From an uncultured Nitrospiraceae bacterium (GTDB lineage: Bacteria > Nitrospirota > Nitrospiria > Nitrospirales > Nitrospiraceae): 64,000 nt of DNA. The DNA lies in NCBI GenBank assembly GCA_963706325.1, contig CAVPLT010000001.1:320001-384000 (forward strand). Reading direction: 5' to 3'. Position 1 is the stretch's first letter. Each line of letters begins with the position of its first letter. The notes under the pieces are model-generated. The model was not told the origin of the DNA and did not search any database. It was given only the letters and a program-made list of their open reading frames with translations. Position numbers and translations under genes: made by a program. Positions 10,560 through 20,990 of this stretch are shown here, piece by piece.

Positions 10560-10684
10560 GCGGCTGCTCAAAATGGCTGTGAACGAGGCCGCAGGTGAAC
10601 GCAAACCGGAGGCGTACCCCCGAGGGTACGTTGAGGATTTGTCGTGAGCCGAGAACGATGTTCGCGGGCATTTTCATCAGCCGC
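10560..10684. repeat. ~125-bp intergenic palindromic repeat (REP/MITE-like), copy 1
   Basis: Terminal inverted repeat GCGGCTGCTCAAAATG / CATTTTCATCAGCCGC, central CGTACCC-GGGTACG hairpin; related copy at 60563-60683. Confidence 0.75.
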
Positions 10685-10694
10685 TGTGCAGACG

Positions 10695-11378
10695 CTATTC
10701 GGAGACGGGAATGAACTGACGTATCCAATTCCCAAAACTACCAGGGTTACGACTCTGGATGTATACGACGCCCGGACCGCGGAAGCGGCAGACCAGCCCT
10801 TCCCCCGACGTCAGGCTGGCGATCCAACCGGACGAAGCTTTCTCGATATTGTATGTCGTCGTGGAAGTCCATGCGACCAGATGGCTATTATCGACGATGT
10901 ATTCTTCATTCGGCTTGAGTTCGATTTTATGAATCGCGCCGAAGCTATTGAGCATGAGCTGCCCCATTCCACTAATCCTCAGAATGAAGAAGCCTTCCCC
11001 CCCCAGCAAGCCGCGCGTGAGGCTTTGCATTTTGCTCTCAATCTTCACGCCTTCGGCGCCGGCCAGGAATCCGTCTTTCTGCACCATATATTCATTCACG
11101 CCGTCGAGATCCATCAGGACAATTTCGCCGGGCACCGTCGGCGCTAACAAGACTTCTCCCGCGCCGCGGCTGGCCCGCAGCGTTTGAAAGAAAAACTTTT
11201 CGCCACTGAGCATCTTGCGCGACAAGGCGCCCAAAAAGCCGCCTTCCATTTTACTTTCGATATCGATGGTCGGCGACGCGGCCACCATGGCGCCGGATTC
11301 GGCTTTCACCGTTTCACCGTCAGCCAAGGAGACCCGCACCATCGGAAATGCGCCCGGATAGAGAATCTCGCTCTTCAT
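10695..11378 (-). CDS. TIGR00266/AIM24 family protein
   Basis: AESGAMV, SGEKFF, GGEGFF, VDNSHLVAW, SGEGLVCRFRGPG.VYIQSRN. Confidence 0.9.
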   Translation of the reverse strand: MKSEILYPGAFPMVRVSLADGETVKAESGAMVAASPTIDIESKMEGGFLGALSRKMLSGEKFFFQTLRASRGAGEVLLAPTVPGEIVLMDLDGVNEYMVQKDGFLAGAEGVKIESKMQSLTRGLLGGEGFFILRISGMGQLMLNSFGAIHKIELKPNEEYIVDNSHLVAWTSTTTYNIEKASSGWIASLTSGEGLVCRFRGPGVVYIQSRNPGSFGNWIRQFIPVSE

Positions 11379-11403
11379 GATGCTGCTGCCTCCTTAACAG
11401 AAC

Positions 11404-12885
11404 CTACCTGTGTATCCACCCATACAACCGATGACTGGGGTCAGCGCCTTCTTCCAAGTAACTCATCCGCATGCGCCCCACATAATCGGACGGCACCTGT
11501 TTGCGTACGGCGGCAACATCGACGCCAAAAAGTTTTGCGCCGTTCAAGCCAAAAATCTGGGCCTTGACCTCGCGGGTCAGGGGCACATATCCATGCTGTT
11601 CAATGAATTGATCCGGGATTTGAAATCGGCGAAAAGCCTCGATCTGCCACTGCGGGGTCCCCGACCAGATTGAGTCCGTTCCCCACAGCACATGGTCCAC
11701 ACCAAAGGCCTCAATAATTTGTCCGAGCAGATGGGCACAGACCGACGGATGTGCGGTGACCAGCTGGCCAAACGTTGAGCCCAGTTCCATATAGATATTC
11801 TGAATAGCCGGCTCGGCCTGTTTCATCCGGCAGAATTCCGTCGTCCAGGGGATGGCGCCAGTCTTGGCGAAGGTCTCGTCGACCGAGGCGGAGGTCAATA
11901 AACCGGAGTGATACACCAGAAATTGGAGATCGGGAAAATCCTTGGCAGCCTTGATGAGGTCGCGCGGATGGTTGTACTCGGGCACCGGACCAAGCGGGAG
12001 GCCTTTATGCACGCAGATACGTGGAATGTTCAGTTTCCTGGCCTGTTCCAGCATCGGATAGGCAATCTTCTCGTCGTCCATCCACCAGCCTTGCTCGAAC
12101 CCCACGGGGCAAGAGCCGGTGTAGCACTTCCAGGCATCGATCTTAAGGGTCTCGGCCTGCATGGCCATAAAGTCCAAATCTTTGAGCCCCAACTGCGGCG
12201 TGGCCAACCCATGCGCCAGCATACGCTGTGAGCCGGCGAGACGATTGATCTCATCCCGGATGTGCGCCATTTCTTTCGGGGGCACGACCGCTTCCTGGGG
12301 ATAGGGTCCGGGAGGGGTGCTGATTAACCCAATTGTCGTTTCACTGTCCAAAAATATTTCTTTGATAAAGTTCTGCCAGGAGAGATCGTCGATCGTGCCG
12401 CCATCGGCGGACAGCTTCGGATTCAATCCCGCCTCGCGGGTGCGTCGGCGTAACGACAAGAGAGCCTGCTTGGTTACCGCGCCTTTGCGCCTCGCCTCCG
12501 CGCCGGCCGAATCGTAATGGCTTCCCACATAATGGGTTTGCACATCAAAGATAAAATACGATTCGCCCGTACGTTCCGTGAAGGCCGCTGCCTCCACGGT
12601 TTCGATGTCCAGCACGTCGAAGAATTTTCCGAACACAGCATTCAGAGCCAAGAGCGCCGCCGCCATGCCACCGGTGGTACGCAGGAAGTCACGGCGCGTC
12701 AGACCTAGCGAGGCGGCAGCGTGATCGGCAGCGGTGATGACGAGACCCTCCACGCGGGCCTGCGCGGCTGTTTGAGGGTACGGGGCAAACTCCTCATTCG
12801 ACACCACTTGAGTAGGAATAGGCGAGGCCGATACGGCCCCTCGTGTGAGGCCCTTGCCGGCACCCATGCCGTTTGGTCGACTCAT
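11404..12885 (-). CDS. Amidohydrolase family protein with an internal Tat-like motif
   Basis: TRRDFLR, DVQTH, WKCYT, VHKG, YHSG, WGTDSIW. Confidence 0.82.
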   Translation of the reverse strand: MSRPNGMGAGKGLTRGAVSASPIPTQVVSNEEFAPYPQTAAQARVEGLVITAADHAAASLGLTRRDFLRTTGGMAAALLALNAVFGKFFDVLDIETVEAAAFTERTGESYFIFDVQTHYVGSHYDSAGAEARRKGAVTKQALLSLRRRTREAGLNPKLSADGGTIDDLSWQNFIKEIFLDSETTIGLISTPPGPYPQEAVVPPKEMAHIRDEINRLAGSQRMLAHGLATPQLGLKDLDFMAMQAETLKIDAWKCYTGSCPVGFEQGWWMDDEKIAYPMLEQARKLNIPRICVHKGLPLGPVPEYNHPRDLIKAAKDFPDLQFLVYHSGLLTSASVDETFAKTGAIPWTTEFCRMKQAEPAIQNIYMELGSTFGQLVTAHPSVCAHLLGQIIEAFGVDHVLWGTDSIWSGTPQWQIEAFRRFQIPDQFIEQHGYVPLTREVKAQIFGLNGAKLFGVDVAAVRKQVPSDYVGRMRMSYLEEGADPSHRLYGWIHR

Positions 12886-12912
12886 TGCGTTACATTTCCG
12901 AGATTGGGCTGG

Positions 12913-12941
12913 ATTCTGTGGAATGTCCTTAGCTCTGTCAA
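12913..12941 (-). promoter_or_regulatory. Sigma70-like promoter TTGACA-N17-CAGAAT for the amidohydrolase gene
   Basis: -35 at 12941-12936, -10 at 12918-12913. Confidence 0.55.
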
Positions 12942-12994
12942 GTCATAGCGAACCCTCGCCCTCATCAGAGAGTCTACTGCGCATCACCTATTTC

Positions 12995-13338
12995 ATGATT
13001 CTGTCCTCACGATCCCCGGTTGCTCAGCCAATACAGTCCGACTGGACACCTTCCTGCCTAAGATGGACGGAGACGTAGTCGGACACGTTTTTCATGGGCG
13101 CGCCAGCCACCTCTGAGGCCATCTGCAAAACCCTCATCAGCGCTGCGATCTGGCTATTTTGGATTTCTACGATCCGAAAGATCGGCAGAAGGCTTCATTG
13201 ATCCGTCGATCGCCGGGCAATCGCGACTGGGTTCCCATCCTCAACCTATTCATCTCCGTGGTCACCGATGTGCATCGCACCGGTTCTCACCCCGGCGACG
13301 TGAGCACATTGCCTCGAGCTGAAAAAGGCCCCTTATAG
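12995..13338 (+). pseudogene. Possible decayed response-regulator receiver domain
   Basis: Manual translation gives ..RCDLAILDFYDP...LIRRSPGNRDWVPILNL with an in-frame TGA and a frameshifted start. Confidence 0.4.
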
Positions 13339-13457
13339 CGGACCCGCCAGCGTCTACGCAAACGTGAGGGACAGATCGGGGTGAATTCGCACCCGAACTC
13401 AGCACACTCTTGCCCATCAATGTGGATGATAGCTGAAGAGGGACAGGACGCGTGGCT

Positions 13458-14006
13458 CTACTCAGGCCGTTGCTCCGGCGACGGTTCTCCTAACGATTGT
13501 TCTGCCCCGCTCCCGCCGTGCTGACGGCGAAGCTCGCGTCGATAGGCACGACGTTCATCGGGCGACATACTCTGAAATTTTTCCCGCAACGCCTTCCGCT
13601 GGTCCGGGGGAAGGGACTTGAACCATCGCCGGGCATTCTTCACCGACTCACGCTGCTCGGGCGGCAGTTGCTGAAAATGCTGATACCGCTCACGAAGCTG
13701 TTGTTGCTGCTCCGGCGGAAGCGTCCGCCACTGCTTGAAGCGCTGTTTCGCCTCTTGACGCTCCTCAGGCGTCATCGTTCCCCATTGTTGGGCGCCATTG
13801 CGTAATCGCTCCTGCTTACGCGGCGGGAACTGATCCCATGTTCCACTGAAACGCTGCAACAATTGTTGTTCGCCAGGACTCAGTCGGCTCCAAGGCACCC
13901 CCGCAGGCTCGCTCTGTGCCCAGGCCGAGCACACCCCGCATACCAGCAAGACCATACATATACCTAACGCTTTCATGGACCAGTCTGCACCCTTCTCGAC
14001 TCGCAT
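13458..14006 (-). CDS. DUF3106 domain secreted protein
   Basis: Repeated W..LSP.EQ / W..LPPEQ / F..LPPEQR helical units; signal peptide from M at 13976. Confidence 0.85.
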   Translation of the reverse strand: MRVEKGADWSMKALGICMVLLVCGVCSAWAQSEPAGVPWSRLSPGEQQLLQRFSGTWDQFPPRKQERLRNGAQQWGTMTPEERQEAKQRFKQWRTLPPEQQQQLRERYQHFQQLPPEQRESVKNARRWFKSLPPDQRKALREKFQSMSPDERRAYRRELRRQHGGSGAEQSLGEPSPEQRPE

Positions 14007-14264
14007 GATGTGTCAGGACTTGGATCAGGATCGACGAACTTCGGTCGCCTGCGACCACGTTTTTTCAGCATCTAGCCGGTTCGACAGGCGAACCGGGCGG
14101 AGCACTCAAAGAAAGATCGTCAGACGTTTCGAACGGATCCACCCACCGCCCCGCATCATGTACCAGGACCACAAAACATCCAGAATCAGTCTTCATTCCT
14201 ATTGTTCTCTGTACTGACCTGTGCCAACGCGTCACCCAGCCTGAGACCGACCCTCGACAGTCGG

Positions 14265-14624
14265 CTAGCCGGTCGTAGCGGGACCATCAGCCAGCCAGTC
14301 GTAGAATTCCAGATCCTCTGAGAGTTCTATATTCTCGGACGACTGCATCAGTTCGAGATCCTCGAGCAACGGGAGATGTGAATGGTTTCTCTCCGTGGAT
14401 GGCCATATCCATAGCGTGAGGGACAACCCAACCAACGAGGCCAGAGCCATTCCTCCGGCCCACTGGAGCCAGGGCCGCCGCGGTGATCCACGGTCCAATA
14501 CATTCAGTCGCGCGCGCTGCACCAGCAAAGTAGTCTGCTGATCGAGATCGTGCACACTCTGATCGAGAAGACGTTTGGCCGAGGCGGCCAAGGCATCTCT
14601 GTGCGAGTTCGACCGTTCACTCAT
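14265..14624 (-). CDS. Membrane-anchored anti-sigma factor (DUF3619-like)
   Basis: LLDQSV..LD....L..AR...L, one TM segment, [12 protein letters not shown] overlap with the sigma stop codon. Confidence 0.78.
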   Translation of the reverse strand: MSERSNSHRDALAASAKRLLDQSVHDLDQQTTLLVQRARLNVLDRGSPRRPWLQWAGGMALASLVGLSLTLWIWPSTERNHSHLPLLEDLELMQSSENIELSEDLEFYDWLADGPATTG

Positions 14625-15238
14625 GGCCAATGTTCTCCTAATCGCTTTCTCAATACCTGCAATGCGCGGAAGAGATGCGTCTTGACGCTCCCTTCGGAGC
14701 AGCCCATCGCCTGCGCAGTCTGTGCCACATCTAGTTCCTCCCAGATGCGCAGGAGAAACGCTTGCTGTTGCCGCAACGGAAGGGCACGCAAGGCCACCTC
14801 GAGTGCGGCGCAGGCGCGCTTGCGCTGTAGGTCTTCATCCGGCGCCACCGCGGCTCGGTCAGGAACCTGATCCAGCGGGTCTTCACGTCCCTCGTCATCC
14901 TGCGAGCCATGAAAAAATTCTCTCAGACGGTTCCGCACCCTCGTCCGGCGGTACCAGTCGCGAATACGACTCTGCAGAATACAGTGAAAGAGCGGCCCCC
15001 ACTCACCTTCAGTCCTGTCACCATATTTCTGCACGAGCTTCAGCATCGCATCCTGCACGAGATCGAGCGCCTCGTCGTCATTCCCCGTGGCAATCTGTGC
15101 CATACGGAACGCCCGCCGCTCAATGCCTGCCAGGAACCGATCTAATGCCTGGGTTCGATCCAGAGATCCTGCTTTCTCACCCAGGCAAAGGCTGCCGGGT
15201 TGTCCATCTCTCGCGATATGGGCAGGACAAACGCTCAT
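14621..15238 (-). CDS. ECF RNA polymerase sigma factor
   Basis: [45 protein letters not shown]; start uncertain. Confidence 0.92.
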   Translation of the reverse strand: MSVCPAHIARDGQPGSLCLGEKAGSLDRTQALDRFLAGIERRAFRMAQIATGNDDEALDLVQDAMLKLVQKYGDRTEGEWGPLFHCILQSRIRDWYRRTRVRNRLREFFHGSQDDEGREDPLDQVPDRAAVAPDEDLQRKRACAALEVALRALPLRQQQAFLLRIWEELDVAQTAQAMGCSEGSVKTHLFRALQVLRKRLGEHWP

Positions 15239-15670
15239 TGCCGTCTACCGCAGGACTACTCGATGAATGCTCAACCTGCGGGCCAACCAATGGCTCGGCC
15301 GCTGTCGCCACGGCCCAACCTGTCCACCTTCGCGATCACGAGAGCATGGAACCTTGCGCCCGTCAAGGATCCGACTTTTGGCTCCATCATCCTCAAATTC
15401 AAGCGACGGCTCACAAAACTCTCTTTCCTCAACAAACCACGCCGCCCTCCCTGCGCCCTTTCGATGATGCATAGTCTACCCTTTCGCTCTCCCACACGCG
15501 ATCGAATCAGCGCTTCTACAGAAGGAGAACGCACTGACGATTCGTGGGTTGACCGAGCGATCCTGGCCCAATCTGGAATGGACGGCCACAGCAAGTATTT
15601 CTGAATGGATAGATTTGTTTCGCTCGAGATGGGAGCTGCGAAAAGTGGCAAGGGGCAATGTTCCGATGAA

Positions 15671-18600
15671 TTATTTGTCGTTATTCACCTCGGCCATTCT
15701 TCTGCCGCCGGCCCATGCGGTCGGGGGAATTTGCACGACCACGTCGAACCGGTCCTGGGCATCATTGTCCCTCATGTCGCGACCCACACTGTAGAAGAGG
15801 CGCTTTTTCATATTGATCAGCATAGGAAGGCCTGTGAAAGGGTCATAGAGACCTTGTCCGGCCTTGGCGACTCTCGTGAGCAGATCCTGTTCCGGAGGAG
15901 TTCGGCGCAGCCAGGACTGCAGGGACGCCAGACGGAAACGCGCATCCGTTTCCATGACTCGGCCGGCATACGTTTCCCATGCCGGGAGCAAGTCGACGCC
16001 GACGAGGCTCTCGATGGGATTCATGATGAGATCTGTCAGACCGTACGGCGGCGTGCGCACAAACTGGAATTGTTTCGGCAAGTCGGCGTATCGACCTTCC
16101 GCCCCCGCCGCGCCTGCCGCCTCATAGTATTGCGCATAGGCATTAAATCGACGCTGTTTCGGCAACGGTAGGACGGCAGCGACGGAGCCATAAAACGGTC
16201 GGTTATCAGTCGCATCGTGGTTCATCGTCTGCTCCAGCGTCTGCGCGGCCAACACAAATTGGCTCTGCATCGGCCAGCGAATCGATTGCTCGGCCTGATC
16301 CAGCGGCCGCACGAGTTTCGCGAGCCGGCTAATCAGGCGGTCATCCAGATCAGGTCGTAGCAAGAGCCCGCTTGCAACGGCGATATCATCATTGAGAGCG
16401 TCACTGGCGAGCATTTTGACCGGCATGGTCTTGGCCTGACCCAGTACAGTCCGCCATGCTGTGAGATCCGACTCAAGTCGCGCGACCCCCATCTCCACAT
16501 CCTGCGCGAATCCTTCAGCAACATAGAGGCGGTGCGCATAGAGAATCACGCTACAGTTCGGACTGACCGGCTTCCCAAACCCCCAATCCTCGAAGGGCTT
16601 GGTGAGCCACTGCCGGTACCGGCCCGTAGCCACCCCGGCCTGCGACACCCAGGCCTTGACGCCGACGGCCTCCGCCCGCATCTGGGCCGCTGGATCAGAC
16701 GTCTTCATCCATTTGGCTATCACTGCAGGCGACGCGCCCTGCTGGAGGCCTGAGCCATTCCCCTCGTTCGATAAACAGGCATGAGCCAAGGCACGATCGG
16801 CATCCTCCACGCGTCGATCAATCCCCACCTGCATAGCATCCTCCGCAGGCAGAGCACCGAAGCCAAGCAAGATGAAATATCCGTTTTTCTGGGAATCCTG
16901 GAGCGTGTGTTGGGGAACAGAGGTCATGGTTCGATAGGCTGAATTGGGCTGTTCTTCAAGCGCCAGCCAGGTCAATGCGAGCGCCCCTACGGTACCCGCG
17001 ACGAGCATCAATGCGGCCCCGACCAGTGCCACCAGGAAAACAACCAGCGATTGCGTCGTTGATACCCCCGCGCCGATGAGTGAAGCCACGGCGCGACCGA
17101 TGTGGCGACACGCCTGACCCGCCGCTGGTTTACTTGGCTGTTTCCGCAGGGCAGGCTGGTCGGCAGGCAAGGACGTAGACTCGTCCGATTGCTCCACAAG
17201 GTGATCCGTCGGGAGAGCGGTCATCTCCGATCGCTTCTCCATGGACGGAGCGAGGAGAGATAGACACTCCTGGGGCATCATAGTCGCCTGGCTCGCTTCA
17301 GCCGGCGCTACGTCTTTAGACTTACTCAGCCAGCGCGCCAGCATGTTCCCGGTAGAAGCGCTCGGCATGGGCCTCGATAAGGAATCATCCCACAGAATCA
17401 GAGGTCCAGCCTCTGCGGTAGCCTCGGAGGTTGCCTCGGGGGTTGCCATTGATACAGGTGCGTCGGAGGGGGGCTCGACAGCCGGAGACTCTCCAGGCAC
17501 ATCCAGACTCTCTGCTCTGTGAGCCATCTCGGCGGCCCGCGAGGAGTCATTGAAGGGCCGATCCGGTTCATCCGCACGTCCGCCATCCGGCACAGCAGGT
17601 GAGAGTGGGGGGAGAGGTTCCGCTGCCGAAATCCCGGACACAACCGATACTTCACCTTCTGGAACTGCTTCTTCGCTCAGCGGAGGCGCGTCTGCGTCAA
17701 ACACAATAGCTTCCGGCATGCGTGCGTAATCTTGAGCCAATAGAGGTGACGTTTCTGCATTTGAAACCGGCGCAACGTCGTCTGCTTCCGAAGAAACGAT
17801 TTCAGAGGCCGCCGCAGCGTGGAGGACAGTCTGGTCGGCGGTGAATGGGGAAGCGGGTGAAGGAGCCGCCGCTTCAGGTGCAGTGGCCTGGACTGTGGGC
17901 TCTGGGACAGTCATCTGCACTAACGCCTGCGGCACCAGAGCGAGTGGCTCCGAGGCAAGGACCTCAAACGGTTCAGCGAGAGGCGCCGGACCCTGTTGCG
18001 CAGCGGCCTGTTCCATAGACGGAGTCGGCATGTCTAACAAGGGAGCGACTACGACTTCCATCAGTGACTCGGCGGACACCGGGGCAGGCTGTTCCTGGTC
18101 TAAGGTCGCCCTCGCCTCACTCCCGGCCAGCCGCAAGGGACGCTCTACCGGAGAGTCATTCCTTGCTTCGACGGGTAATTCTGGTTCGAATACCTCCGCG
18201 ACTATTGATCCTTCAACCGGTTCGACTGCCTCTGCAGGTATATGAATAGGTATGGGCTGCTGGTGCAATTCGATCGGAGCATCCAGGGCAAGGATTCGGA
18301 ACTCCGGGGTCGAGGGTGTTTCGATCCGAATGGCGCTGTCGACTACCGTCTCGTCCGCAAGAAGCGGCATAGCCGACACCGATGCGCGCCCGTCCTCCTC
18401 GGCAGGCAGGACCACGGTCGCATCCTGAGCGCTGTCCCCAACATCGGTAGAAACTGGTCCGAATTCCGGCTCGGGATCCTGTCGTGGAATCGTGACATCT
18501 TCAACCTCGATCTGCTCCCAAGGCATGGGCGCCGAAAGCGGAGGCGAATCACTGGCGAGACTCGCCAGAGACTCCAACGGCGGAGGTGCCAGCGAGAGCC

Positions 18601-20440
18601 ATGCTGTCTCTGAAGGGTCGGCAGGCGGCGTGGAAGTCGACGCCGATCCCGCGCGCCCATCAATAGCAGTAACGTCCTCGCTCTCTGCGGTCGACTGAGA
18701 CTGCGCAAGAGCGGGATCGGTCTGCATCGCGGCAACCGCCGTCAGAATATCTTCCCATGAGAGCCCTGACGAAGAGGTAAATGAGGAAGTGGCGGTGGGG
18801 GGATCCGCGGGTGTCCCGGCATCGAGTGCGTGATCCGTCGCGAAGAGTTCCTGGCTCAGCGGCGCTTCCACTATTCCTGCATCACCCTGTACTTCGGCTT
18901 CTGAAATCACTGGCGCTGGTGTCTCTTCAACTTGGTCCCAGGGCATTGAGACCGGGCTCATCGGCGCTTCTGTGATGGGGTGAACACTGGCAGTTCTCAG
19001 CACCTCAATCGTTGGAGAGGATGGCTCCTCAATCGCTAGTGGGGATCGCTCAGTCTCTTCGGTTGGCGCAGACACCACCTCATTCCCCGTCGGCCCGTCA
19101 CAGCCTCCCACCATTGAACTTCCCGTAACCGCCGCATCAACCTGGTCCATAGTCATACCAGCGAGACTTTCTGGACGCTGCTCAACCGGGGGGGACCCTT
19201 CTACCGGCATCTCGATCACTGGTTCCGGAATCCTAGCGACCGGAGGAGGAGGATCGGGGCACCCTGATAATGCTGGAAGCACCTCGGCAACGGTCGAAGC
19301 CTGACTCTCTGCTGTCAACGAATACTCGGGAGCTGCATCTTCAATCTGATCCCATAGCATCGGGGCTGAGTTCTGCGGTTTTTCTGTAATCGAATGGGTG
19401 TTACCCAAGGATTGCGCTTCAATGGCTGTCTTCGAATCCTCCGCCGCCGACGCTGTAGCGCACGCCGAATCGAGTATCGGAACTCCGTTCTGCGCGGTGA
19501 CTTGAGTCGGCTCTGTCGTTCTAGACACGGACGACGACGATAACGGCTCAGAGGGTCTCTGAAACCTCATCGCCATAGATGATTCTTCGACCCGGATGGT
19601 CGTCTGATCGGTGGCGATCTCTTGTCCCACAATCTCGGTAATTGAATCCCCTATGGCGAAGGGGACATCCGCGGCTATCCCATCGATCGAACCTTCTGTC
19701 GGTGGAATCGGGGCCCCGGCTGCAGGAATCGTCTCCGGCGGCGAATCCATTTGTTCCCATGGCATGGCGCCCGCTACCGTATGGTCGGCAAGCGACTCGG
19801 CAGGTACGGCGGTCTGGGGAAGGTCGCGCTCCGACTCAGCCGCCGCAGGCTGAGGAATGGCCTGCAATATCTGCCCCGTGACGGTATCGAACATGGCCGC
19901 AAAGCGGAAGGCAACCGGACTTCCTGGAGCGATGGATCGAATTCGGCCGAACAATTCTCCCGCCCGGTTCGGATGGTCTGTGTCCGGGTCTTCCAACAGG
20001 ACTTCAAGCGCCTTTCCGTACTCTGCTACCGCCGCCATGACGTCGCCCTTATCCTCATACACGCGTCCCAGCATTTCCAGGAACGGTACACAGCGGGGCC
20101 CTGCCGTCAGGTATTCACGCAAGAGGGATTCGGCCAGCCAATAGTCCTGGCGCTCCATCGCCTCACGAGCCAGCGATTCGAACGCGGTCCGCGCACTCAT
20201 GAGGCTTCCAAGTCGCAGGTGGAGAGTGGCGAAGAGTCGCCGAGCTTCGGCATTGAGCGGATCGAGCGCGAGCAAGTCCTTCAGCACTGTAGAGGCTCGA
20301 CCATACTTGCCGGCGTTCATTTGTGTAATGGCATCTTCGAGCAACGCCGACTTCTTGTTGTAGCCGATGGCGCCCTTTTTTTGGACTTTCGAAGGGGTCT
20401 TCTTATCTGATTTGAGAGGAGTTTTTTTATCGGATCGCAC
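15671..20440 (-). CDS. Large TPR protein: N-terminal TPR, long acidic Pro/Glu/Ala-rich linker, TM segment, C-terminal globular domain
   Basis: 1589-aa ORF; TPR-like helices (LALDPLNAEARRLFATLHLRLG); low-complexity middle; hydrophobic segment ~16960-17080. Confidence 0.8.
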   Translation of the reverse strand: MRSDKKTPLKSDKKTPSKVQKKGAIGYNKKSALLEDAITQMNAGKYGRASTVLKDLLALDPLNAEARRLFATLHLRLGSLMSARTAFESLAREAMERQDYWLAESLLREYLTAGPRCVPFLEMLGRVYEDKGDVMAAVAEYGKALEVLLEDPDTDHPNRAGELFGRIRSIAPGSPVAFRFAAMFDTVTGQILQAIPQPAAAESERDLPQTAVPAESLADHTVAGAMPWEQMDSPPETIPAAGAPIPPTEGSIDGIAADVPFAIGDSITEIVGQEIATDQTTIRVEESSMAMRFQRPSEPLSSSSVSRTTEPTQVTAQNGVPILDSACATASAAEDSKTAIEAQSLGNTHSITEKPQNSAPMLWDQIEDAAPEYSLTAESQASTVAEVLPALSGCPDPPPPVARIPEPVIEMPVEGSPPVEQRPESLAGMTMDQVDAAVTGSSMVGGCDGPTGNEVVSAPTEETERSPLAIEEPSSPTIEVLRTASVHPITEAPMSPVSMPWDQVEETPAPVISEAEVQGDAGIVEAPLSQELFATDHALDAGTPADPPTATSSFTSSSGLSWEDILTAVAAMQTDPALAQSQSTAESEDVTAIDGRAGSASTSTPPADPSETAWLSLAPPPLESLASLASDSPPLSAPMPWEQIEVEDVTIPRQDPEPEFGPVSTDVGDSAQDATVVLPAEEDGRASVSAMPLLADETVVDSAIRIETPSTPEFRILALDAPIELHQQPIPIHIPAEAVEPVEGSIVAEVFEPELPVEARNDSPVERPLRLAGSEARATLDQEQPAPVSAESLMEVVVAPLLDMPTPSMEQAAAQQGPAPLAEPFEVLASEPLALVPQALVQMTVPEPTVQATAPEAAAPSPASPFTADQTVLHAAAASEIVSSEADDVAPVSNAETSPLLAQDYARMPEAIVFDADAPPLSEEAVPEGEVSVVSGISAAEPLPPLSPAVPDGGRADEPDRPFNDSSRAAEMAHRAESLDVPGESPAVEPPSDAPVSMATPEATSEATAEAGPLILWDDSLSRPMPSASTGNMLARWLSKSKDVAPAEASQATMMPQECLSLLAPSMEKRSEMTALPTDHLVEQSDESTSLPADQPALRKQPSKPAAGQACRHIGRAVASLIGAGVSTTQSLVVFLVALVGAALMLVAGTVGALALTWLALEEQPNSAYRTMTSVPQHTLQDSQKNGYFILLGFGALPAEDAMQVGIDRRVEDADRALAHACLSNEGNGSGLQQGASPAVIAKWMKTSDPAAQMRAEAVGVKAWVSQAGVATGRYRQWLTKPFEDWGFGKPVSPNCSVILYAHRLYVAEGFAQDVEMGVARLESDLTAWRTVLGQAKTMPVKMLASDALNDDIAVASGLLLRPDLDDRLISRLAKLVRPLDQAEQSIRWPMQSQFVLAAQTLEQTMNHDATDNRPFYGSVAAVLPLPKQRRFNAYAQYYEAAGAAGAEGRYADLPKQFQFVRTPPYGLTDLIMNPIESLVGVDLLPAWETYAGRVMETDARFRLASLQSWLRRTPPEQDLLTRVAKAGQGLYDPFTGLPMLINMKKRLFYSVGRDMRDNDAQDRFDVVVQIPPTAWAGGRRMAEVNNDK

Positions 20441-20990
20441 GGTATAGCCTTAGAAACGTTAGGTTTTTTCAACGACTGATGTTGTTTGTCGGGGCACTGC
20501 CAGGAGCAACTTGCTAGGGCATGACCACGGCCGCAGGAAAAGAAAAAACCCTCCGAATGGGAGCAAAATGGGTGCCTTACCCACTGTATGGTTCTCCTTA
20601 GTGCCGGACCTCACTGAGAGGAGGGAATGAGCACCGTTCTCCCCTGCATGTCAATATTCCGACAAGGGATCTGATATGGCCATGTGTTTATTCTTTTCGG
20701 CATTACCTGGCTCGATCTTAATTGGGGGTTCACCTGAGTCAGAGAGGGCACAGGACGGCGCATTTCCTCAAAGCTGAGAGTAGGCCGGCAGCGTTATGCC
20801 ACGTTCAAAAGGATTATAAGGAGGGGGGCGCGGATGAAGCACTTGGTGTGAGGCGGCCACGGGGAGGAGGCGGGGCGCGTACAACGGTGAATCAGGAGAA
20901 CCTGGCGACTGCGCCTCGCTGGGCGCCTGAACAGCCGTTTATTGATCAAGGAAAGTTCCGTATACTCCGCTCAAAGGATTCGCCTTGCCT

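Noticed and set aside
14064..14197. 43-aa ORF with GRWVDP between the anti-sigma and DUF3106 genes
   Set aside because: It may be a remnant of a small operon gene, but there is no signal peptide and too little evidence.
15245..15658. ORFs of 60-134 aa between the TPR gene and the ECF sigma
   Set aside because: No motifs or RBS, and Arg/Ser-rich shadow composition.
20622..20770. 6S RNA
   Set aside because: It lacks the symmetric central bubble and the usual zapA-ygfA/rny context; kept only as an unclassified candidate.
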